Positions 18,180 to 26,675 of a DNA stretch of 32,000 nucleotides are shown here, one piece after another. The DNA comes from Acaryochloris marina MBIC11017 (GTDB lineage: Bacteria; Cyanobacteriota; Cyanobacteriia; Thermosynechococcales; Thermosynechococcaceae). The translations under genes were made by a program, and so were the position numbers. Positions within the stretch are counted from its first letter, which is position 1. Each line of letters starts with the position of its first letter. The notes under the pieces are model-generated. The model ran no database searches and was not told where the DNA came from. It was given only the letters and a program-made list of their open reading frames with translations. The DNA lies in assembly GCF_000018105.1 (NCBI RefSeq), contig NC_009925.1:3150001-3182000 (forward strand), in the 5' to 3' direction.

Positions 18180-18788
18180 TTACTCTAAATTTCCAATTCG
18201 GTGAACTGGCCAATAGCGAAAGACTGCTCGACCCAATAAATCTGAACGAGATACTAATCCCCAACAGCGGCCATCGTAGCTGTTGAGACGATTATCACCC
18301 AGAACGAGATAGTGGTCTGCAGGTACCACTTGGGGTAATCCTAGAAAGGATTTAGATAGAGAGGGTGGACAGACTTGAACAGATGTTTTGGCCTTATGAG
18401 CCACATATTGTTCTCGAATCTTGACCTGATTGCGATAGACAGCGCCATCTTTAAGCTCTAATTGATCTCCCGGGATGCCAATCACACGTTTAATAATCGT
18501 GTCCATGGAGAGTGGAGCGTCCTGTCGATCGACATGCTGCCGTAAAGCCTGGGGCGGACGGAAGACGATAATATCCCCCCGTTGAGGGGAATTAAATTGG
18601 TAAGTGACTTTATCGATAATCAAGCGATCGTGAATTTGCAGCGTTGGCTCCATCGACCCTGAAGGGATGAAACGGGCCTCGGCGACAAAAGACCGAATAC
18701 CAAATGCCAACAACAAGCTGAGTCCCACCGTTTTGGTTGCTTCTCGCCATCCCACTTTTGTAGAGAAAAAAAATGACTTTTTCAGCAT
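18180..18788 (-). CDS. lepB: Signal peptidase I (paralogue B)
   Basis: [19 protein letters not shown] and [14 protein letters not shown] are all present. Confidence 0.9.
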   Translation of the reverse strand: [202 protein letters not shown]

Positions 18789-19033
18789 AGCTGGAAAGAA
18801 AGTGAATCTTGGCTGTATTGGGGTGTAGTGCTTGCCCTATCGGAATGAGAATAGATACGTCAGCACCCGTTGAGAAAAGCACCAGTGAGTTGCTGTTCAG
18901 ATTCCCACTCGGTCATCGATTCTGGGACAATAGACAGTTGAGTAAGGTCATTGGTTCCAACCTGAGTTCTGCTACTCACGGGTCGTAATCTTAGCCTTCT
19001 CTTGCTTTTGCGTCGTGAACAGAAAGAAGTCGT

Positions 19034-20719
19034 ATGTCTGACAATCGAAATAGCCAAGTCGTCACTCAAGGAGTTCAACGAGCCCCCAACCGGGCCATGC
19101 TAAGGGCTGTGGGCTTTGGAGATGATGATTTTACCAAGCCGATTGTTGGGTTAGCGAATGGTTTTAGTACGATTACCCCTTGTAATATGGGCATAGACTC
19201 TCTGGCTACACGGGCAGAGGCCAGTATCAGAACGGCTGGAGCCATGCCGCAAAAGTTTGGCACCATCACTATCAGTGACGGCATTTCCATGGGCACGGAA
19301 GGGATGAAATATTCCTTGGTGTCCCGGGAAGTGATTGCAGACTCCATCGAGACGGCCTGTATGGGCCAAAGTATGGATGGAGTACTCGCCATTGGCGGCT
19401 GTGATAAAAATATGCCGGGGGCTATGCTCGCCATGGCTCGGATGAATATTCCGGCCATCTTTGTTTACGGCGGCACGATCAAACCCGGACATCTAAATGG
19501 TGAAGACTTAACCGTGGTTAGTGCCTTTGAAGCTGTGGGTCAGCATAGTGCTGGACGGATTAGTGAAGCCGAGTTAACGGCAGTGGAGAAACATGCTTGT
19601 CCGGGTGCTGGATCCTGTGGCGGTATGTATACGGCCAACACCATGTCTTCTGCGTTTGAGGCAATGGGCATGAGCCTGATGTATTCTTCCACCATGGCAG
19701 CGGAAGATGAAGAAAAAGCCGTCAGTGCAGAACAGTCTGCCGCTGTTTTAGTGGAAGCGATCCACAAGCAAATTCTGCCCCGCGATATCTTGACCCGCAA
19801 AGCCTTTGAAAATGCCATTGCTGTGATTATGGCTGTAGGCGGATCCACCAATGCCGTTCTCCACCTGTTGGCCATTTCCCGCGCGGCTGGAGACTCCCTG
19901 ACCCTAGATGACTTCGAAACCATCCGGGCTCAAGTTCCAGTGATCTGCGATCTCAAACCATCAGGTCGCTATGTAGCCACAGATCTCCATAAAGCAGGTG
20001 GAATCCCATTGGTGATGAAAATGCTATTGGAACATGGTCTTCTCCATGGTGATGCTCTGACCATTACGGGTAAAACCATTGCTGAGCAGTTGGCTGATGT
20101 CCCATCAGAGCCTTCCCCCGATCAGGATGTAATTCGGCCTTGGGACAATCCCATGTATAAACAAGGCCACCTCGCCATCCTCCGGGGTAACTTGGCCACG
20201 GAAGGAGCGGTTGCCAAAATCACAGGCATTAAAAATCCCCAAATTACGGGTCCAGCTCGGGTATTTGAATCGGAAGAGGCTTGCTTGGAGGCGATTTTGG
20301 CAGGCAAGATTCAGCCTAATGATGTGATTGTGGTGCGGTATGAAGGCCCGAAGGGTGGGCCGGGAATGCGAGAGATGTTAGCTCCCACGTCCGCGATTAT
20401 TGGGGCAGGTTTGGGTGATTCAGTTGGATTGATTACGGATGGTCGCTTTTCTGGTGGAACTTACGGCATGGTGGTTGGGCATGTGGCCCCAGAAGCTGCG
20501 GTGGGTGGTACGATTGCCCTTGTGCAGGAAGGCGATCAGATTACAATTGATGCCCATGCTCGAAAGTTGGAGCTGCATGTGTCTGATCAGGAGTTAAAAG
20601 AGCGGAAGGAGAAGTGGGAGCAACCAAAACCTCTCTATAACAAAGGGGTTTTGGCAAAGTATGCCAAGTTAGTTTCTTCTAGTAGTGTTGGAGCTGTTAC
20701 TGATTTAGATCTATTTTGA
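19034..20719 (+). CDS. ilvD: Dihydroxy-acid dehydratase
   Basis: Full-length IlvD/Edd pattern, including [11 protein letters not shown], the [16 protein letters not shown] Fe-S ligand region and TDGRFSGGT. Confidence 0.97.
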   Translation: MSDNRNSQVVTQGVQRAPNRAMLRAVGFGDDDFTKPIVGLANGFSTITPCNMGIDSLATRAEASIRTAGAMPQKFGTITISDGISMGTEGMKYSLVSREVIADSIETACMGQSMDGVLAIGGCDKNMPGAMLAMARMNIPAIFVYGGTIKPGHLNGEDLTVVSAFEAVGQHSAGRISEAELTAVEKHACPGAGSCGGMYTANTMSSAFEAMGMSLMYSSTMAAEDEEKAVSAEQSAAVLVEAIHKQILPRDILTRKAFENAIAVIMAVGGSTNAVLHLLAISRAAGDSLTLDDFETIRAQVPVICDLKPSGRYVATDLHKAGGIPLVMKMLLEHGLLHGDALTITGKTIAEQLADVPSEPSPDQDVIRPWDNPMYKQGHLAILRGNLATEGAVAKITGIKNPQITGPARVFESEEACLEAILAGKIQPNDVIVVRYEGPKGGPGMREMLAPTSAIIGAGLGDSVGLITDGRFSGGTYGMVVGHVAPEAAVGGTIALVQEGDQITIDAHARKLELHVSDQELKERKEKWEQPKPLYNKGVLAKYAKLVSSSSVGAVTDLDLF

Positions 20720-20790
20720 TCATCGTATTCTCTATCACTTATGCCTCAGCCAACGTGAATTAAGCTTCTTGATCTTAGATGATAAAAGAT

Positions 20791-22143
20791 TTAGCTTTTT
20801 TCTTCATTAGGAGGAGCACCGGCATTCCGAACATTTAAAATCCGACCTAATAAGTCAAACCAGAATGGAGCTCCCATGGCAATTGCAATAGCAGTTACTA
20901 ACCAGCCAAGTGTGGCTTTAAATAAGCCACCTTGATGGTTGATTTGTTGTGTAATTTTGGTCCAAGTAATTTTTGGTTCATTTTGCTGTGAGTCAGAAGG
21001 CTGTTCTGATGAAGACGGCTGTTCAGTCTGGATAGTTTTCGAGTTCTGTTCCGCTTCAGATAGTGGTTTCTGCTGGTTTTCTTGAGTAGGCTCTTCTTCT
21101 TTAGTAGAAGGAGAAGCTTTGTCTATTACAGATATTTTCTGATCTTTCTTAGCTTGAGATGACGGATCTGATTTTTCTGGCGGTGTATAGTTCCAACCAA
21201 GAGGTAAAGGGCCTATGGACTCAAGGATAGGATTTATTTCAGAAACAAAGTTATCAATACAGTCTAGAGAAGGGGTGTCTTGAGTGTTTTGATTGCCCTC
21301 TGATTGTTTAGAGTCACAGCGAAACAACTCTGAATTTTCTTCAATAGCTGTAGAAAGCGAGGTTGTATATTTTGTAGGTGAATGGTTTAAGCTACGCAAG
21401 ATTTGAAAAGTATCAGCATTAGCAATAACCGCGACCATAAAACCTAAAAGGAAAGATACACCTCTAGCATTACGCTTGTATACCCCTGAAGATCTTTTCT
21501 GGACACTAACAAAGATTTTCTGAATTTGCTCACTAAAATCCGCCAACGTAGCATTGCTACTTTGGATTCTTAAGGCTTCTGTAATTCTTATTAGTGACGA
21601 TATTCCTGCAATTTTTGGTTCTAAATACTGTAGCTTGTTAGTGACAATATCAACAGTATCATCATTCTTTAGATATTGGGGAGAATCTAGTTGAGATAGT
21701 TCATCTTGCAATGTATCGATTAGTGCATTTGCAAAAGTCTCAGAAGAGTCAATATATGAAGGTCCTGTAGAAAATCTAAATTTTGTGCTACGATGATTTT
21801 CTAGAAAAATACTTAGAATAAACTGCCATAATCTTCTTACATAATTTTTGTATGTTCGTTGATTCAATGATGCTATTAATGGACTTTCATATAAAAGATT
21901 AGTAAGAGATTTCTTACTTTTTTTGCTATTTTTATTTCCATCATTCTCGTCATTTTCACTAGGCATATTGTAGGCATCAACTTTATCTTCACCAAACAAT
22001 ATAAAAAGTGATGTTTTTAATCGATTTGCTCTAAATTCAAGAATCGAAGAGATTGCTTCTTGAATCTCACTGACAATTAGAGACAAAAGCAAATAAATAA
22101 AAATCAGATAGATTACAATTTGAATTATTTGAGAAAAAGACAT
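20791..22143 (-). CDS. Hypothetical 3-TM membrane protein with a Ser/Gln/Glu/Lys-rich low-complexity linker
   Basis: TM1 is IIQIVIYLIFIYLLLSLIV, followed by SEIQEAISSILEFRANRL. TM2 is VSFLLGFMVAVIANA. The C-terminus ends in LGWLVTAIAIAMGAPFWFDLLGRILNVRNAG. These terminal motifs recur in uncharacterised bacterial membrane proteins as I remember them. Confidence 0.6.
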   Translation of the reverse strand: MSFSQIIQIVIYLIFIYLLLSLIVSEIQEAISSILEFRANRLKTSLFILFGEDKVDAYNMPSENDENDGNKNSKKSKKSLTNLLYESPLIASLNQRTYKNYVRRLWQFILSIFLENHRSTKFRFSTGPSYIDSSETFANALIDTLQDELSQLDSPQYLKNDDTVDIVTNKLQYLEPKIAGISSLIRITEALRIQSSNATLADFSEQIQKIFVSVQKRSSGVYKRNARGVSFLLGFMVAVIANADTFQILRSLNHSPTKYTTSLSTAIEENSELFRCDSKQSEGNQNTQDTPSLDCIDNFVSEINPILESIGPLPLGWNYTPPEKSDPSSQAKKDQKISVIDKASPSTKEEEPTQENQQKPLSEAEQNSKTIQTEQPSSSEQPSDSQQNEPKITWTKITQQINHQGGLFKATLGWLVTAIAIAMGAPFWFDLLGRILNVRNAGAPPNEEKS

Positions 22144-22297
22144 AAATAGTATAAACGATAGAATTTTATATGATTTATTAATAGCAATTATCTATCATAA
22201 TGATCTGCATTGAAATGTAAAATACTACAAAGATATCGCTATTCCTAAACAAAACTTTCATAAAATTAGATATATAGATTTTTCTAAAAATAAGTTT

Positions 22298-22323
22298 AAA
22301 AAGCAACATATATGTTGCTTTTT
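22298..22323. terminator. Rho-independent terminator downstream of the outer-membrane protein gene
   Basis: aaaaagcaacata/tatgttgcttttt is a perfect 26-bp palindrome with A and T runs on either side. It lies 24 nt after the stop at 22347. Confidence 0.6.
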
Positions 22324-22346
22324 AACTATCAGAAGATGCTTTTTAT

Positions 22347-23627
22347 CTAGAAAGTTAAGCCTAATCCAATTGACAATTCGTTAACGTTTTGGCCAGTAAG
22401 ATCTATATCTCCTACTCTATAATTAACTAATAAATTTGCATTACCAGTATCATCAAGCCGATAAGAAAGGGTGGAAGAAAATAGATGGCTTGTTTCACCA
22501 TCTCCGGCAATATTCTGCAAAAAACTATACTCAGCTTGCAATCCTAACCGACCGAAAAATTCTGCTTCACGGTTTGCTGGGAAAAACTCGATTTCAAGTT
22601 TTGGCCCTGCTCTAAAAAGCAAGTCACCATCTACTCTATCTGTAATATTGCCAGCATCTAATACAGTTGCCAATTGAGTTTCTAAAATTGCACGCCATCT
22701 GAAACGGAGGGCATCACCGAAAATCTCTTGGGCTTGACCTAATCCAATATGCCTATTTTTTGGCTCCCATTGAAGCTGAGCTCCAAATATAGAGCTATCA
22801 AAATTAGAATCAGTTTGATATAAAAAGTTACCTCGGAAATATTGACTTGGGAAAACACTGCTACCTTGGACTTCAAAATCTGTATTGAGTGCAAAAGTTA
22901 AGATATCTTCATCGTCAAAAGCATCAGCACTGTTTTCAACTCTATCTATTTCAATGCCTGGAGTTATTTGGTATCGAGTTAAAGTCAATTTATCTGGCTC
23001 TAAATCTTCTTCATTAATTTCGGTTAGTATTGGATAAAAAAGTCCACCACGCACAGTAAAAATTGTGTTGTCAGCTTCAAAATCTCTTGTAAAGTTTAGA
23101 ATGGCGGAATCAGCTTCTTGTATTGGGGCTAAAGAGTCAAGAATAGTTACATCTTCGATATCTCTTCGTAACCTTATACCAGAACCAGCAATTCCATCTT
23201 TCTCAATACTGGGTGGAGGACCAACTATTTTACTAATGTAATCATTTGCCACCTCTAGCGTTAATTGACCATCATTTTTTTGCCTTAAGCTATTTAATTC
23301 ATCATTCGCAATTTTTAATCTATTAATTTTGACATCATTATTATTTGGATCTGAAATTTCAATGTCATCATTATTAAATGCATTCTTTATCTCTTCAAGA
23401 GTGACTATACCATCTGCTGGATCAATATCTATCTCTAAAAATGACGGATTAATTAATTTCATAACAAGCTTTTGCTGCTCATTATTTTCTTCGGAATTAT
23501 CGACTAATTGATTCCCATTTGCATCAAAATCTTCTGCCTTAATCTGTGCTTTTACTAATGTAGAAAAATTACTAAATAGTAATGTCAAAATTACAACATA
23601 TATTCTTGATTTAATATTCATATCCAT
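22347..23627 (-). CDS. Putative outer-membrane beta-barrel protein with an Asp/Asn-rich EF-hand-like N-terminal domain
   Basis: Signal peptide ends ...FSTLVKA|Q. The acidic N-domain carries DFDANGNQLVD and DIDPADGIVTLEEIKNAF. The C-terminal two-thirds have alternating-hydrophobic strands and end in GLGLTF; a terminal Phe is the OMP/BAM signature. Confidence 0.6.
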   Translation of the reverse strand: MDMNIKSRIYVVILTLLFSNFSTLVKAQIKAEDFDANGNQLVDNSEENNEQQKLVMKLINPSFLEIDIDPADGIVTLEEIKNAFNNDDIEISDPNNNDVKINRLKIANDELNSLRQKNDGQLTLEVANDYISKIVGPPPSIEKDGIAGSGIRLRRDIEDVTILDSLAPIQEADSAILNFTRDFEADNTIFTVRGGLFYPILTEINEEDLEPDKLTLTRYQITPGIEIDRVENSADAFDDEDILTFALNTDFEVQGSSVFPSQYFRGNFLYQTDSNFDSSIFGAQLQWEPKNRHIGLGQAQEIFGDALRFRWRAILETQLATVLDAGNITDRVDGDLLFRAGPKLEIEFFPANREAEFFGRLGLQAEYSFLQNIAGDGETSHLFSSTLSYRLDDTGNANLLVNYRVGDIDLTGQNVNELSIGLGLTF

Positions 23628-24019
23628 TTTTTAAATCTACTTATATAGAAATCTGAGAGCTGATTTACAAGGCACATCTTGAAGCCTCTACATCCCTAGT
23701 TTAGTAATAACTAAAGCTATGAATTTGATAGGTTTATCTCATAAATTCTTGTCTTTAGAAGATTCCAGAAACATAACGAAACAGCTCTGAGTTCGGCACA
23801 ATCTGAAACCCAATCTTTATGTATGCATATTTCAAAATTTTGCTTAACTTAAGCTTCGAATTGAAGATATAAATGGTAGTTCATACTAATTTCATATAGG
23901 ATAAACCTAGATATTTTGAAGTGAATAATTTTGCAGTGCTTTAACTACTCAATGTAAATCATTATTCAATAAATATCTCCATTTAAAATCTTCTTGAAGT
24001 CTCTATAGAAACAAAACAG

Positions 24020-24298
24020 TTATATTTTGCCCCAAATAAGTGCTGCAACTTCCGCTACTAATTCACATGCTTGATACTTAGATGGTATGATTGCAACGCC
24101 ACCTATATCAGCAAAAGGAGCGCCATCTCGGACTGAATTGAATTCGGCTGATAGGCCACTTATTGCACCTTCATCCATCCCTAAATCTTCACGCAAACGT
24201 TGCAATAGAGAGTCAGCATCAAGATGTTCTTTAACTCTGTTGTTTACTTCTGATCTACTTAAAGTATGAGATGATCTTGAGACATTATTTGACGTCAT
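24020..24298 (-). CDS. Small hypothetical protein (92 aa from the internal ATG)
   Basis: ORF 24020-24370. I prefer the ATG at 24296-24298 (MTSNNVSRS...), which is preceded by GAGGA. No family recognised, so coding status is uncertain. Confidence 0.4.
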   Translation of the reverse strand: MTSNNVSRSSHTLSRSEVNNRVKEHLDADSLLQRLREDLGMDEGAISGLSAEFNSVRDGAPFADIGGVAIIPSKYQACELVAEVAALIWGKI

Positions 24299-24400
24299 AA
24301 TTTCGCAAATCCTCGAAAAACCACTAAATCTAGCTAATAATCTAAAAATATCCAATTTAAATATTCTCACTCTTAATCAGTAGAAAAAATTATTATATTT

Positions 24401-24431
24401 TGAATATTCAAATTCACTTTTGATATTCAAA
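24401..24431. promoter_or_regulatory. Two copies of a palindromic TGAATATTCAAA-like box spaced 20 bp apart in the divergent promoter region
   Basis: tgaatattcaaa lies at 24401-24412 (tgaatattca is self-complementary) and tgatattcaaa at 24421-24431. Confidence 0.25.
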
Positions 24432-24666
24432 AAAGACTTATACAAAAGATACAAAAGTAATATCTATAAGTCAGTGCTAAAAAGTGACTACTTGTATTAA
24501 GAAAGTTTTCAATAAAGTCTTTTAATAACACATCGTTGTTTTAAAAAGTTTGATTGATATCTTCAACTTTAGATTTTGTTTGCATAATCTACTAGCCCAG
24601 GCCTGACAAGTATTACAGAAAGATGTGATCTAAATTACATCGAGCTTTGTTGGAATACTCTACTGG

Positions 24667-26181
24667 GTGCAGATAATCACGATGACTATTGAGGATGCCT
24701 TAGCTTTAATTGATACAGCCCTTGATCCTTCTTGCTTCAAGAACCTCCACCAAGATATCTTTCGCTTATCCTGGGAAGGCAAATCCTACCAAGAAATAGC
24801 TGAAACCTGCGGCTATGACACTGATTACGTCAGACATGTTGGCTATCAACTTTGGCAAAACCTCTCTCAAGCCTTGGCACAAAAAGTGACTAAAAGGAAC
24901 TTGCAAGTTGTATTCCGCCGTTTAGAACAACAAAGCCAAATCTTAAGTAATGACGTAGAAGAGATTGCCAGTCTTGTTCCCAAACCTCAACAAGCTAAAA
25001 GCAATATCAACGCTTACGTCACTAAAGTTGAACTCGTCTCAGATCAAACAACTTACCCACTCCTATGGTCTGATTCACCCAACTATCTCTATACCAAACA
25101 TAGTCAGCATTTTGTAGGTCGCCAACAGGAACAGAAAAATCTGATTCAGTGGCTAACTCGTACAGGACAAGACCAAACGCTTCCTGTTCAACTCATTAGT
25201 CTTCTAGGCATGGCAGGAATTGGCAAAACCTCCCTAGTACAACAAGTGATTCATCAGATACAAGGTCACTTTCAAAAGGTTATTTGGTGCTCCCTTCGTA
25301 ATGCTCCAACCTTTAATGAAACCTTCGCCAACATAGTCAATACTGATGAGCAAGAAGCCCTACAATGGCCTACTTATATTGATGCTCAAATTGAAATTCT
25401 GATGCGCTATTTCTGCCAGCATCGGTGCTTATTGGTTTTAGATAACTTTGAAACCATCTTGCAACCTGGTCAAATGGGAGGACATTATCGCTCTAATCAT
25501 CAAGCCTATGGCCAACTCCTCAGGCATTTGATGGATTCCCCTCATCAAAGTTGTGTTCTACTCACCAGTCGAGAACAACCTATTGGCATTAACTTACGCA
25601 ATCAACCCACCGTGCAAACCCTTTACTTACACGGACTGTCACCTTCAGAAACCCACCTCCTCTTGAACCATCAGGAGGTCAAGACAACCCAAACCGACGC
25701 TGAAAACTTAAACGCTTATTATGGGGGCAATCCCTATGCACTTAAAGTCGCAGCGACCAATGTTACATCTTTATTTCACCGCCAAGTTGCTGAATGGATA
25801 AAACAAGGCAACTTTGTATTTGGAACCATTCAGCAACTCTTAAAACAACAGCTCCAACGACTAGCGCCTCCCGAGCAGGAGATCGTTAACTTTATTGCTG
25901 CAGAAACAGGCAACGTCACCCTAGATCGACTGCATACAGCATTAGTTCTCAAAGATCTCGTTTCAACTACCGATCTTTTACCTGCATTGCAATCTCTTCA
26001 GAGTCGTTCTTTACTCTGTAACCAAGAAGATGGTCTACAACTATTGCCGTATCTCCGTGAATATTTGCGTTGTTACCAGACCTCTATTGGTGCAAAGCAT
26101 AGAGCCAGTACACCCGAAGTATTGACGAGTTTTCAGCCTGCAGCGCTTCTCTCTACTTCTCTGCCCTTAGCTCATGGCTAG
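24667..26181 (+). CDS. STAND-class P-loop NTPase (NB-ARC/NACHT-like) with an N-terminal HTH-like module and no C-terminal sensor repeats
   Basis: The N-terminal block (EDALALIDTAL....L.....FRLSWEGKSYQEIAETCGYDTDYVRHVGYQLWQNLSQALAQKVTKRNLQVVFRR) is the module found at the N-terminus of many cyanobacterial NB-ARC/WD40 proteins. Walker A is GMAGIGKTS at nt 25207-25233. Walker B is LLVLDNFE at nt 25429-25452. The likely start is the ATG at 24682. The gene ends 15 nt inside the convergent thioesterase gene. Confidence 0.8.
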   Translation: MQIITMTIEDALALIDTALDPSCFKNLHQDIFRLSWEGKSYQEIAETCGYDTDYVRHVGYQLWQNLSQALAQKVTKRNLQVVFRRLEQQSQILSNDVEEIASLVPKPQQAKSNINAYVTKVELVSDQTTYPLLWSDSPNYLYTKHSQHFVGRQQEQKNLIQWLTRTGQDQTLPVQLISLLGMAGIGKTSLVQQVIHQIQGHFQKVIWCSLRNAPTFNETFANIVNTDEQEALQWPTYIDAQIEILMRYFCQHRCLLVLDNFETILQPGQMGGHYRSNHQAYGQLLRHLMDSPHQSCVLLTSREQPIGINLRNQPTVQTLYLHGLSPSETHLLLNHQEVKTTQTDAENLNAYYGGNPYALKVAATNVTSLFHRQVAEWIKQGNFVFGTIQQLLKQQLQRLAPPEQEIVNFIAAETGNVTLDRLHTALVLKDLVSTTDLLPALQSLQSRSLLCNQEDGLQLLPYLREYLRCYQTSIGAKHRASTPEVLTSFQPAALLSTSLPLAHG

Positions 26182-26580
26182 ACTCCATCGCTGAATCCAG
26201 GTCACCAATTCTTTTGGTAGGGGCTGGCGTTGCCGATTAATGGGATTAATACATACATGCCGAATCGTCGCCTTGGCAATCAGACGTTCCCCTTTATTCA
26301 CCGCTGTAATGTTGTAGCGAACTTCAAATTCATCTTCAGCGAGTTGGTGAGTACTCAGTTGAAGGGTTAACTGATCGCCACAAAAACTGGGCTTGAGAAA
26401 ATCAATATCGGCATGGATGATTGGCGTTGCCGTATCTGGGTTGCTAAAGAATGTACGAATATCAATCCCCGCTCCCATCAGAGAATCTTCAAAGGCTTCA
26501 TGACAGATATCAAGGGCGCTGGTGAAATAGACTACCCCCGCAGCATCAGTATCTTGGAGACGAACGGTACGTGTGTACAT
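26167..26580 (-). CDS. 4HBT-fold thioesterase, cyanobacterial 1,4-dihydroxy-2-naphthoyl-CoA hydrolase type (phylloquinone pathway)
   Basis: MYTRTVRLQDTDAAGVVYFTSALDICHEAFE... resembles the Synechocystis DHNA-CoA thioesterase family. I prefer the ATG at 26578-26580. The longer ORF to 26703 would overlap the upstream gene. Confidence 0.75.
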   Translation of the reverse strand: MYTRTVRLQDTDAAGVVYFTSALDICHEAFEDSLMGAGIDIRTFFSNPDTATPIIHADIDFLKPSFCGDQLTLQLSTHQLAEDEFEVRYNITAVNKGERLIAKATIRHVCINPINRQRQPLPKELVTWIQRWSLAMS

Positions 26581-26675
26581 GGGCCACTGTATAAAACTGA
26601 ATATTAAGAGGATAGACACAGATGGTCCCCTCTTGATCAGTGCATATTTTCTGGCAAAGAAAGAGAATTTAGATA

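Larger units (their letters stand above)
20720..24660. other. AT-rich genomic island (compositional anomaly) holding three orphan minus-strand genes
   Basis: In the 60-nt lines I counted, island coding sequence was about 28% G+C (one Ser/Gln/Glu-linker line gave 47%) and the intergenic line was 17%. One ilvD line gave 57%. There are no HIP1 copies here. The island starts immediately after the ilvD stop. Confidence 0.65.

Noticed and set aside
18610-19078. Two minus-strand ORFs (90 and 72 aa) around the lepB-B / ilvD intergenic region
   Set aside because: One overlaps the lepB-B 5' region out of frame. The other overlaps the ilvD start and is Arg/Ser-rich. There is no RBS or family signal, so they are most likely spurious.
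19075-20307. Four antisense ORFs (61-127 aa) inside ilvD
   Set aside because: They lie wholly within, and opposite to, a full-length and unmistakable ilvD. Their Ala/Pro/Arg/Ser-rich composition is typical of shadow frames in higher-GC coding DNA.
20950-21200. Possible tandem DNA repeat behind the Ser/Gln/Glu-rich tract of the 450-aa membrane protein
   Set aside because: The bias is at the amino-acid level only. I could not find a repeating nucleotide unit.
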